Source of the DNA: Antedon mediterranea
Taxonomy: Eukaryota; Animalia; Echinodermata
DNA: 64,000 nucleotides
Assembly: GCF_964355755.1 (NCBI RefSeq)
Contig: NC_092680.1
Span: forward strand, 11,718,001-11,782,000
Direction of reading: 5' to 3'
The notes below the pieces were generated by a model. The model saw only the letters and a program-made list of their open reading frames with translations. It was not told where the DNA came from and ran no database searches. Position 1 is the first letter of the stretch. Every line of letters begins with the position of its first letter. The translations under genes were made by a program, and so were the position numbers. Positions 41,060 through 53,408 of the stretch are shown here, in pieces.

Positions 41060-44000
41060 CCAAATGCGATTTGAAGCTCTTCTGTACACTTTGATGTTTT
41101 GTGTGAAAAAGTTTTGTCGAAATGCTCAAAATGGTCTAAAACGTTTTTAAATACGATATTAAGCTGTTTTGTGCACTTTGATGATTTGTGTGAAAAGTTT
41201 TAACGAAATGCTCAAAATGGTCTAAAACGGTTTCTAATGTGATTTTAAGCACTTTGATGTTTTTGTGTAACCAAGTTTTTTCGAAAATCACAAAATAGTC
41301 TAAAACGTCTCCAAATGCGATTTGAAGCTTTTCTAAGCACTTTGGTGTTTTTATGTTAACAAGTTTTTTCGAAAATCACAAAATGGTCTAAAACGTCTCT
41401 AAATGCGATTTGAGGATATTCTGAGCACTTTGGTGTTTTTTTGTTAAAAAGTTTTTTCGAAAATCACAAAATGGTCTAAAACGTCTCCAAATGCGATTTG
41501 AAGCTATTCTGTACACTTTGATGTTTTTTGTGAAAAAGTTTTGTCGAAATGCTCAAAATGGTCTAAAACGTTTTTAAATACGATATTAAGCTATTTTGTG
41601 ATCTTTGATGTTTTTGTGTGAAAAGTTTTATCGAAATGCTCAAAATGGTCTAAAACGGTTTCTATTGTGATTTTAAGCACTTTGATGATTTTGTGTAACC
41701 AAGTTTCATCGAAATGTACAAAATGGTCTAAAACGTCTCCAAATGCGATTTGAAGCTATTCTAAGTACTTTTGTGTTTTTATGTTAACAAGTTTTTTCGA
41801 AAATCACAAAATGGTCTAAAACGTCTTCAAATGCGATTTGAAGCTATTCTGTACACTTTGATGTTTTGTGTGAAAAAGTTTTGTCAAAATGCTCAAAATT
41901 GTCTAAAACGTTTTAAAAACGATATTAAGCTATTTTGTGTTCTTTGATGTTTTTGTGTAACCAAGTTTCATCGAAAATCACAAAATGGTCTAAAACGTCT
42001 CCAAATGCGATTTGAAGCTTTTCTAAGCACTTTGGTGTTTTTATGTTAACAAGTTTTTTCGAAAATCACAAAATGGTCTAAAACGTCTCCAAATGCGATT
42101 TGAAGCTCTTCTGTACACTTTGATGTTTTGTTGGAAAAAGTTTTGTCGAAATTCTCAAAATGGTCTAAAACGTTTTTAAATACGATATTAAGCTGTTTTG
42201 TGCACTTTGATGATTTGTGTGAAAAGTTTTAACGAAATGCTCAAAATGGTCAAAAACGGTTTCTAATGTGATTTTAAGCACTTTGATGTTTTTGTGTAAC
42301 CAAGTTTTTTCGAAAATCACAAAATGGTCTAAAACGTCTCCAAATGCGATTTGAAGCTATTCTGTACACTTTGATGTTTTGTGTGAAAAAGTTTTGTCGA
42401 AATGCTCAAAATGGTCTAAAACGTTTTTAAAACGATATTAAGCTATTTTGTGCTCTTTGATGTTTTTGTGTAACCAAGTTTCATCGAAATCAACAAAATG
42501 GTCTAATACGTCTCCAAATGCGATTTGAAGCTTTTCCAAGCACTTTGCTGTTTTTATGTTAACAAGTTTTTTCGAAAATCACAAAATGGTCTAAAATGTC
42601 TTCAAATGCGATTTGAAGCTATTCTGTACACTTTGATGTTTTGTGTGAAAAAGTTTTGTCGAAATGCTCAAAATGGTCTAAAACGTTTTTAAATACGATA
42701 TTAAGCTATTTTGTGATCTTTGATGTTTTTGTGTGAAAAGTTTTATCGAAATGCTCAAAATGGTCTAAAACGGTTTCTATTGTGATTTTAAGCACTTTGA
42801 TGATTTTGTGTAACCAAGTTTCATCGAAATGTACAAAATGGACTAAAACGTCTCCAAATGCGATTTGAAGCTATTCTAAGTACTTTTGTGTTTTTATGTT
42901 AACAAGTTTTTTCGAAAATCACAAAATGGTCTAAAACGTCTTCAAATGCGATTTGAAGCTATTCTGTACACTTTGATGTTTTGTGTGAAAAAGTTTTGTC
43001 AAAATGCTCAAAATGGTCTAAAACGTTTTTAAAACGATATTAAGCTATTTTGTGCTCTTTGATGTTTTTGTGTAACCAAGTTTCATCGAAAATCACAAAA
43101 TGGTCTAAAACGTCTCCAAATGCGATTTGAAGCTTTTCTAAGCACTTTGGTGTTTTTATGTTAACAAGTTTTTTCGAAAATCACAAAATGGTCTAAAACG
43201 TCTCCAAATGCGATTTGAAGCTCTTCTGTACACTTTGATGTTTTGTGTGAAAAAGTTTTCTCGAAATTCTCAAAATGGTCTAAAACTTTTTTAAATACGA
43301 TATTAAGCTGTTTTGTGCACTTTGATGATTTGTGTGAAAAGTTTTAACGAAATGCTCAAAATGGTCAAAAACGGTTTCTAATGTGATTTTAAGCACTTTG
43401 ATGTTTTTGTGTAACCAAGTTTTTTTCGAAAATCACAAAATGGTCTAAAACGTCTCCAAATGCGATTTGAGGATATTCTGAGCACTTTGGTGTTGTTATG
43501 TTAAAAAGTTTTTTCGAAAATCACAAAATGGTCTAAAACGTCTCAAAATGCGATTTGAAGCTATTCTGTACACTTTGATGTTTTGTGTGAAAAAGTTTTG
43601 TCGAAATGCTCAAAATGGTCTAAAACGTTTTTAAAACGATATTAAGCTATTTTGTGCTCTTTGATGTTTTTGTGTAACCAAGTTTCATCGAAATCAACAA
43701 AATGGTCTAATACGTCTCCAAATGCGATTTGAAGCTTTTCCAAGCACTTTGCTGTTTTTATGTTAACAAGTTTTTTCGAAAATCACAAAATGGTCTAAAA
43801 CGTCTTCAAATGCGATTTGAAGCTCTTCTGTACACTTTGATGTTTTGTGTGAAAAAGTTTTGTCGAAATGCTCAAAATGGTCTAAAACGTTTTTAAATAC
43901 GATATTAAGCTGTTTTGTGCACTTTGATGATTTGTGTGAAAAGTTTTAACGAAATGCTCAAAATGGTCTAAAACGGTTTCTAATGTGATTTTAAGCACTT

Positions 44001-46570
44001 TGATGTTTTTGTGTAACCAAGTTTTTTCGAAAATCACAAAATAGTCTAAAACGTCTCCAAATGCGATTTGAAGCTTTTCTAAGCACTTTGGTGTTTTTAT
44101 GTTAACAAGTTTTTTCGAAAATCACAAAATGGTCTAAAACGTCTCTAAATGCGATTTGAGGATATTCTGAGCACTTTGGTGTTTTTTTGTTAAAAAGTTT
44201 TTTCGAAAATCACAAAATGGTCTAAAACGTCTCCAAATGCGATTTGAAGCTATTCTGTACACTTTGATGTTTTGTGTGAAAAAGTTTTGTCGAAATGCTC
44301 AAAATGGTCTAAAACGTTTTTAAATACGATATTAAGCTATTTTGTGATCTTTGATGTTTTTGTGTGAAAAGTTTTATCGAAATGCTCAAAATGGTCTAAA
44401 ACGGTTTCTATTGTGATTTTAAGCACTTTGATGATTTTGTGTAACCAAGTTTCATCGAAATGTACAAAATGGTCTAAAACGTCTCCAAATGCGATTTGAA
44501 GCTATTCTAAGTACTTTTGTGTTTTTATGTTAACAAGTTTTTTCGAAAATCACAAAATGGTCTAAAACGTCTTCAAATGCGATTTGAAGCTATTCTGTAC
44601 ACTTTGATGTTTTGTGTGAAAAAGTTTTGTCAAAATGCTCAAAATTGTCTAAAACGTTTTAAAAACGATATTAAGCTATTTTGTGTTCTTTGATGTTTTT
44701 GTGTAACCAAGTTTCATCGAAAATCACAAAATGGTCTAAAACGTCTCCAAATGCGATTTGAAGCTTTTCTAAGCACTTTGGTGTTTTTATGTTAACAAGT
44801 TTTTTCGAAAATCACAAAATGGTCTAAAACGTCTCCAAATGCGATTTGAAGCTCTTCTGTACACTTTGATGTTTTGTTGGAAAAAGTTTTGTCGAAATTC
44901 TCAAAATGGTCTAAAACGTTTTTAAATACGATATTAAGCTGTTTTGTGCACTTTGATGATTTGTGTGAAAAGTTTTAACGAAATGCTCAAAATGGTCAAA
45001 AACGGTTTCTAATGTGATTTTAAGCACTTTGATGTTTTTGTGTAACCAAGTTTTTTCGAAAATCACAAAATGGTCTAAAACGTCTCCAAATGCGATTTGA
45101 AGCTATTCTGTACACTTTGATGTTTTGTGTGAAAAAGTTTTGTCGAAATGCTCAAAATGGTCTAAAACGTTTTTAAAACGATATTAAGCTATTTTGTGCT
45201 CTTTGATGTTTTTGTGTAACCAAGTTTCATCGAAATCAACAAAATGGTCTAATACGTCTCCAAATGCGATTTGAAGCTTTTCCAAGCACTTTGCTGTTTT
45301 TATGTTAACAAGTTTTTTCGAAAATCACAAAATGGTCTAAAATGTCTTCAAATGCGATTTGAAGCTATTCTGTACACTTTGATGTTTTGTGTGAAAAAGT
45401 TTTGTCGAAATGCTCAAAATGGTCTAAAACGTTTTTAAATACGATATTAAGCTATTTTGTGATCTTTGATGTTTTTGTGTGAAAAGTTTTATCGAAATGC
45501 TCAAAATGGTCTAAAACGGTTTCTATTGTGATTTTAAGCACTTTGATGATTTTGTGTAACCAAGTTTCATCGAAATGTACAAAATGGACTAAAACGTCTC
45601 CAAATGCGATTTGAAGCTATTCTAAGTACTTTTGTGTTTTTATGTTAACAAGTTTTTTCGAAAATCACAAAATGGTCTAAAACGTCTTCAAATGCGATTT
45701 GAAGCTATTCTGTACACTTTGATGTTTTGTGTGAAAAAGTTTTGTCAAAATGCTCAAAATGGTCTAAAACGTTTTTAAAACGATATTAAGCTATTTTGTG
45801 CTCTTTGATGTTTTTGTGTAACCAAGTTTCATCGAAAATCACAAAATGGTCTAAAACGTCTCCAAATGCGATTTGAAGCTTTTCTAAGCACTTTGGTGTT
45901 TTTATGTTAACAAGTTTTTTCGAAAATCACAAAATGGTCTAAAACGTCTCCAAATGCGATTTGAAGCTCTTCTGTACACTTTGATGTTTTGTGTGAAAAA
46001 GTTTTCTCGAAATTCTCAAAATGGTCTAAAACTTTTTTAAATACGATATTAAGCTGTTTTGTGCACTTTGATGATTTGTGTGAAAAGTTTTAACGAAATG
46101 CTCAAAATGGTCAAAAACGGTTTCTAATGTGATTTTAAGCACTTTGATGTTTTTGTGTAACCAAGTTTTTTTCGAAAATCACAAAATGGTCTAAAACGTC
46201 TCCAAATGCGATTTGAGGATATTCTGAGCACTTTGGTGTTGTTATGTTAAAAAGTTTTTTCGAAAATCACAAAATGGTCTAAAACGTCTCAAAATGCGAT
46301 TTGAAGCTATTCTGTACACTTTGATGTTTTGTGTGAAAAAGTTTTGTCGAAATGCTCAAAATGGTCTAAAACGTTTTTAAAACGATATTAAGCTATTTTG
46401 TGCTCTTTGATGTTTTTGTGTAACCAAGTTTCATCGAAATCAACAAAATGGTCTAATACGTCTCCAAATGCGATTTGAAGCTTTTCCAAGCACTTTGCTG
46501 TTTTTATGTTAACAAGTTTTTTCGAAAATCACAAAATGGTCTAAAACGTCTTCAAATGCGATTTGAAGCT
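41060..46570 (+). repeat. Recent tandem duplication of a 32-monomer, 2746-bp satellite block
   Basis: Private markers at constant offset 2746: GTCTCTAAAT (41400/44146), GGACTAAAA (42841/45587), TGTTGTTATG (43491/46237). Confidence 0.9.
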
Positions 46571-49500
46571 ATTCTGTAGACTTTGATGTTTTGTGTGAAA
46601 AAGTTTTGTCGAAATGCTCAAAATGGTCTAAAACGTTTTTAAATACGATATTAAGCTATTTTGTGATCTTTGATGTTTTTGTGTGAAAAGTTTTATCAAA
46701 ATGCTCAAAATGGTCTGAAACGGTTTCTAATGCGATTTGAAGCTATTCTGTACACTTTGAAGTTTTGTGTGAAAAAGTTTTCTCGAAATGCTCAAAATGG
46801 TCTAAAACGTTTTTATATACCATATTAAGCTATTTTGTGCACTTTGATGTTTTTTGTGAAAAGTTTTATCGAAATGCTCAAAATGGTCTAAAACGGTTTC
46901 TATTGGGATTTTAAGCACTTTGATGATTTTGTGTAACCAAGTTTCATCGAAATGTACAAAATGGTCTAAAACGTCTCCAAATGCGATTTGAAGCTATTCT
47001 AAGTACTTTTGTGTTTTTATGTTAACAAGTTTTTTCGAAAATCAGAAAATGGTCTAAAACGTCTTCAAATTCGATTTGAAGCTATTCTGTACACTTTTAT
47101 GTTTTGTGTGAAAAAGTTTTGTCGAAATTCTCAAAATGGTCTAAAACGTTTTTAAATACGATATTAAGCTGTTTTGTGCACTTTGATGATTTGTGTGAAA
47201 AGTTTTAACGAAATGCTCAAAATGGTCAAAAACGGTTTCTAATGTGATTTTAAGCACTTTGATGTTTTTGTGTAACCAAGTTTTTTCGAAAATCACAAAA
47301 TGGTCTAAAACGTCTCCAAATGCGATTTCAAGCTTTTCTAAGCACTTTGGTGTTTTTATGTTAACAAGTTTTTTCGAAAATCACAAAATGGTCTAAAACG
47401 TCTCCAAATGCGATTTGAAGATATTCTGAGCACTTTGGTGTTTTTATGTTAAAAAGTTTTTTCGAAAATCACAAAATGGTCTAAAACGTCTTCAAATGCG
47501 ATTTGAAGCTATTCTGTACACTTTGATGTTTTGTGTGAAAAAGTTTTGTCGAAATGCTCAAAATGGTCTAAAACGGTTTCTAATGCGATTTGAAGCTATT
47601 CTGTACACTTTGAAGTTTTGTGTGAAAAAGTTTTCTCGAAATGCTCAAAATGGTCTAAAACGTTTTTATATACCATATTAAGCTATTTTGTGCACTTTGA
47701 TGTTTTTTGTGAAAAGTTTTATCGAAATTCTCAAAATGGTCTAAAACGGTTTCTATTGTGATTTTAAGCACTTTGATGATTTTGTGTAACCAAGTTTCAT
47801 CGAAATGTACAAAATGGTCTAAAACGTCTCCAAATGCGATTTGAAGCTATTCTAAGTACTTTTGTGTTTTTATGTTAACAAGTTTTTTCGAAAATCACAA
47901 AATGGTCTAAAACGTCTTCAAATGCGATTTGAAGCTATTCTGTACACTTTGATGTTTTGTGTGAAAGAGTTTTGTCAAAATGCTCAAAATGGTCTAAAAC
48001 GTTTTTAAAACGATATTAAGCTATTTTGTGCTCTTTGATGTTTTTGTGTAACCAAGTTTCATCGAAAATCACAACATGGTCTAAAACGTCTCCAAATGCG
48101 ATTTGAAGCTTTTCTAAGCACTTTGGTGTTTTTATGTTAACAAGTTTTTTCGAAAATCACAAAATTGTCTAAAACGTCTCCAAATGCGATTTGAAGCTCT
48201 TCTGTACACTTTGATGTTTTGTTTGAAAAAGTTTTGTCGAAATTCTCAAAATGGTCTAAAACGTTTTTAAATTCGATATTAAGCTGTTTTGTGCACTTTG
48301 ATGATTTGTGTGAAAAGTTTTAACGAAATGCTCAAAATGGTCTAAAACGGTTTCTAATGTGATTTTAAGCACTTTGATGTTTTTGTGTAACCAAGTTTTT
48401 TCGAAAATCACAAAATAGTCTAAAACGTCTCCAAATGCGATTTGAAGCTTTTCTAAGCACTTTGGTGTTTTTATGTTAACAAGTTTTTTCGAAAATCACA
48501 AAATGGTCTAAAACGTCTCCAAATGCGATTTGAGGATATTCTGAGCACTTTGGTGTTTTTTTGTTAAAAAGTTTTTTCGAAAATCACAAAATGGTCTAAA
48601 ACGTCTCCAAATGCGATTTGAAGCTATTCTGTACACTTTGATGTTTTGTGTGAAAAAGTTTTGTCGAAATGCTCAAAATGGTCTAAAACGTTTTTAAATA
48701 CGATATTAAGCTATTTTGTGATCTTTGATGTTTTTGTGTGAAAAGTTTTATCGAAATGCTCAAAATGGTCTAAAACGGTTTCTATTGTGATTTTAAGCAC
48801 TTTGATGATTTTGTGTAACCAAGTTTCATCGAAATGTACAAAATGGACTAAAACGTCTCCAAATGCGATTTGAAGGTATTCTAAGTACTTTTGTGTTTTT
48901 ATGTTAACAAGTTTTTTCGAAATTCACAAAATGGTCTAAAACGTCTTCAAATGCGATTTGAAGCTATTCTGTACACTTTGATGTTTTGTGTGAAAAAGTT
49001 TTGTCAAAATGCTCAAAATGGTCTAAAACGTTTTTAAAACGATATTAAGCTATTTTGTGCTCTTTGATGTTTTTGTGTAACCAAGTTTCATCGAAAATCA
49101 CAAAATGGTCTAAAACGTCTCCAAATGCGATTTGAAGCTTTTCTAAGCACTTTGGTGTTTTTATGTTAACAAGTTTTTTCGAAAATCACAAAATGGTCTA
49201 AAACGTCTCCAAATGCGATTTGAAGCTCTTCTGTACACTTTGATGTTTTGTGTGAAAAAGTTTTCTCGAAATTCTCAAAATGGTCTAAAACGTTTTTAAA
49301 TACGATATTAAGCTGTTTTGTGCACTTTGATGATTTGTGTGAAAAGTTTTAACGAAATGCTCAAAATGGTCAAAAACGGTTTCTAATGTGATTTTAAGCA
49401 CTTTGATGTTTTTGTGTAACCAAGTTTTTTCGAAAATCACAAAATGGTCTAAAACGTCTCCAAATGCGATTTGAGGATATTCTGAGCACTTTGGTGTTTT

Positions 49501-52500
49501 TATGTTAAAAAGTTTTTTCGAAAATCACAAAATGGTCTAAAACGTCTCAAAATGCGATTTGAAGCTATTCTGTACACTTTGATGTTTTGTGTGAAAAAGT
49601 TTTGTCGAAATGCTCAAAATGGTCTAAAACGTTTTTAAAACGATATTAAGCTATTTTGTGCTCTTTGATGTTTTTGTGTAACCAAGTTTCATCGAAATCA
49701 ACAAAATGGTCTAATACGTCTCCAAATGCGATTTGAAGCTTTTCCAAGCACTTTGCTGTTTTTATGTTAACAAGTTTTTTCGAAAATCACAAAATGGTCT
49801 AAAACGTCTTCAAATGCGATTTGAAGCTATTCTGTAGACTTTGATGTTTTGTGTGAAAAAGTTTTGTCGAAATGCTCAAAATGGTCTAAAACGTTTTTAA
49901 ATACGATATTAAGCTATTTTGTGATCTTTGATGTTTTTGTGTGAAAAGTTTTATCAAAATGCTCAAAATGGTCTGAAACGGTTTCTAATGCGATTTGAAG
50001 CTATTCTGTACACTTTGAAGTTTTGTGTGAAAAAGTTTTCTCGAAATGCTCAAAATGGTCTAAAACGTTTTTATATACCATATTAAGCTATTTTGTGCAC
50101 TTTGATGTTTTTTGTGAAAAGTTTTATCGAAATGCTCAAAATGGTCTAAAACGGTTTCTATTGGGATTTTAAGCACTTTGATGATTTTGTGTAACCAAGT
50201 TTCATCGAAATGTACAAAATGGTCTAAAACGTCTCCAAATGCGATTTGAAGCTATTCTAAGTACTTTTGTGTTTTTATGTTAAGAAGTTTTTTCGAAAAT
50301 CAGAAAATGGTCTAAAACGTCTTCAAATGCGATTTGAAGCTATTCTGTACACTTTATGTTTTGTGTGAAAAAGTTTTGTCGAAATTCTCAAAATGGTCTA
50401 AAACGTTTTTAAATACGATATTAAGCTGTTTTGTGCACTTTGATGATTTGTGTGAAAAGTTTTAACGAAATGCTCAAAATGGTCAAAAACGGTTTCTAAT
50501 GTGATTTTAAGCACTTTGATGTTTTTGTGTAACCAAGTTTTTTCAAAAATCACAAAATGGTCTAAAACGTCTCCAAATGCGATTTGAAGCTTTTCTAAGC
50601 ACTTTGATGTTTTTGTGTAACCAAGTTTCATCGAAAATCACAAAATGGTCTAAAACGTCTCCAAATGCGATTTGAAGATATTCTGAGCACTTTGGTGTTT
50701 TTATGTTAAAAAGTTTTTTCGAAAATCACAAAATAGTCTAAAACGTCTCCAAATGCGATTTGAAGCTATTCTGTACACTTTGATGTTTTGTGTGAAAAAG
50801 TTTTGTCGAAATGCTCAAAATGGTCTAAAACGTTTTTAAAACGATATTAAGCTATTTTGTGCTCTTTGATTTTTTTGTGTAACCAAGTTTCATCGAAAAT
50901 CACAAAATGGTCTAAAACGTCTCAAAATGCGATTTGAAGCTTTTCTAAGCACTTTGGTGTTTTTATGTTAACAAGTTTTTTCGAAAATCACGAAATGGTC
51001 TAAAATGTCTCCAAATGCGATTTGAAGATATTCTGAGAACTTTGGTGTTTTTATGTTAAAAAGTTTTTTCGAAAATCACAAAATGGTCTAAAACGTCTCC
51101 AAATGCGATTTGAAGCTCTTCTGTACACTTTGATGTTTTGTGTGAAAAAGTTTTGTCGAAATGCTCAAAATGGTCTAAAACGTTTTTAAATACGATATTA
51201 AGCTGTTTTGTGCACTTTGATGATTTGTGTGAAAAGTTTTAACGAAATGCTCAAAATGGTCTAAAACGGTTTCTAATGTGATTTTAAGCACTTTGATGTT
51301 TTTGTGTAACCAAGTTTTTTCGAAAATCACAAAATAGTCTAAAACGTCTCCAAATGCGATTTGAAGCTTTTCTAAGCACTTTGGTGTTTTTATGTTAACA
51401 AGTTTTTTCGAAAATCACAAAATGGTCTAAAACGTCTCCAAATGCGATTTGAGGATATTCTGAGCACTTTGGTGTTTTTTTGTTAAAAAGTTTTTTCGAA
51501 AATCACAAAATGGTCTAAAACGTCTCCAAATGCGATTTGAAGCTATTCTGTACACTTTGATGTTTTGTGTGAAAAAGTTTTGTCGAAATGCTCAAAATGG
51601 TCTAAAACGTTTTTAAATACGATATTAAGCTATTTTGTGCACTTTGATGATTTGTGTGAAAAGTTTTAACGAAATGCTCAAAATGGTCTAAAACGGTTTC
51701 TAATGTGATTTTAAGCACTTTGATGATTTTGTGTAACCAAGTTTCATCGAAATGTACAAAATAGTCTAAAACGTCTCCAAATGCGATTTGAAGCTTTTCT
51801 AAGCACTTTGGTGTTTTTATGTTAACAAGTTTTTTCGAAAATCACAAAATGGTCTAAAACGTCTCCAAATGCGATTTGAAGCTATTCTGTACACTTTGAT
51901 GTTTTTTTGTTAAAAAGTTTTTTCGAAAATCACAAAATGGTCTAAAACGTCTCCAAATGCGATTTGAAGCTATTCTGTACACTTTGATGTTTTGTGTGAA
52001 AAAGTTTTGTCGAAATGCTCAAAATGGTCCAAAACGTTTTTAAATACGATATTAAGCTATTTTGTGATCTTTGATGTTTTTGTGTGAAAAGTTTTATCGA
52101 AATGCTCAAAATGGTCTAAAACGGTTTCTATTGTGATTTTAAGCACTTTGATGATTTTGTGTAACCAAGTTTCATCGAAATGTACAAAATGGTCTAAAAC
52201 GTCTCCAAATGCGATTTGAAGCTATTCTAAGTAATTTTGTGTTTTTATGTTAACAAGTTTTTTCGAAAATCACAAAATGGTCTAAAACGTCTTCAAATGC
52301 GATTTGAAGCTATTCTGTACACTTTGATGTTTTGTGTGAAAAAGTTTTGTCAAAATGCTCAAAATGGTCTAAAACGTTTTTAAAACGATATTAAGCTATT
52401 TTGTGCTCTTTGATGTTTTTGTGTAACCAAGTTTCATCGAAAATCACAAAATGGTCTAAAACGTCTCCAAATGCGATTTGAAGCTTTTCTAAGCACTTTG

Positions 52501-52547
52501 GTGTTTTTATGTTAACAAGTTTTTTCGAAAATCACAAAATGGTCTAT

Positions 52548-52567
52548 GGCCCCGTTTCTGCTGCCAA
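52548..52567 (+). repeat. Left terminal inverted repeat of the MITE
   Basis: GGCCCCGTTTCTGCTGCCAA is the reverse complement of 53409-53428 with one mismatch. Confidence 0.92.
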
Positions 52568-52570
52568 AAA

Positions 52571-52771
52571 TATACCGTATATATACGGTATATTTTATAT
52601 ACGGTATATTTTTTGGCAGCAGAAATGGGTCTCATAAAAAATATACCGTATATATATGCGGTATATATACCGTATAAATATCCCCATCGTTTGTGGATAT
52701 TATACGGTATATTCCAAAATATACCGTATATTTCGTACCCCATTTCTGCTGCACTCAAAATATACCGTAAA
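52571..52771. repeat. Left subterminal cluster of 11-bp quasi-palindromic TATAC(C/G)GTATA motifs (9 copies, both orientations)
   Basis: Copies start at 52571, 52582, 52598, 52642, 52655 (variant TATGCGGTATA), 52666, 52701, 52720 and 52761 (variant TATACCGTAAA). Confidence 0.9.
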
Positions 52772-52932
52772 TGTGGCCCGACTCGTGACACGAGGTCAAA
52801 AACTAACAGAGCGCGACGCGTTTGTTTTGGTTTTTCTGCTGCATTGAAAGTTGAAACACACGTGTAAAAGCAAGCAACAGATCAAAATGTCACTGTGGAC
52901 CGAACAAATCACTATTTTTGCAATTCAATTGT

Positions 52933-52960
52933 GGGGGGAAGCGAAGGTTGGGGGGGGGGG
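52933..52960 (+). other. G-rich tract (G6-AAGCGAA-GG-TT-G11), possible G-quadruplex former
   Basis: GGGGGGAAGCGAAGGTTGGGGGGGGGGG is seen directly; the structure is inference. Confidence 0.4.
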
Positions 52961-53364
52961 AGACTGCATGGCAACAGAAGAGATACCGAGATTTTAATTA
53001 CAATAAATCGAATGTTCTTACACGACAACAACGTGATGTAAAATCATGGTAAAATACTGTATAATAGAAAATGGAAATTAAAACGGCAATATAGGATAAT
53101 ATAGCATAATATAAACTCAATTTGAATAACAGAGTTTATTTATAGTGACATTTCTAGATTGTGCTTGTATGTGCGGTGTAAATTCGTTGCCACTTCTGCT
53201 CATTAGATTTAAAATAGAAAGCAATGCTGTCATGTAACCTCACTACACGAGACTCTAGGTCAATCCATACTTCCGTCTCACGAAATGCATTTTGGGTAAT
53301 GAAAGCCAACTTTTTTACAACCCACCCACGAAGTATGTGCAGCGGAAACGGTGCACGAATTTCA

Positions 53365-53403
53365 TATACGGTATATTTATACGGTATATTTATACGGTAT
53401 ATT
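53365..53403. repeat. Right subterminal 13-bp tandem repeat (TATACGGTATATT x3)
   Basis: Exact copies at 53365, 53378 and 53391. Confidence 0.93.
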
Positions 53404-53408
53404 TTGGG

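Larger units (their letters stand above)
1..52547 (+). repeat. Tandem satellite DNA array (monomers 86-88 bp and 78 bp) with variable higher-order repeat structure; centromeric/pericentromeric-like
   Basis: Uninterrupted head-to-tail monomers that all begin GGTCTAAAACG. Examples: 88 bp at 14171-14258, 87 bp at 45421-45507, 78 bp at 31751-31828. Single orientation, AT-rich, and runs off the left edge of the window. Confidence 0.98.

Noticed and set aside
52571-52730. Possible derivation of the satellite from this MITE's repeats
   Set aside because: No recognisable similarity between the TIR or subterminal motifs and the satellite monomer beyond short A/T runs.
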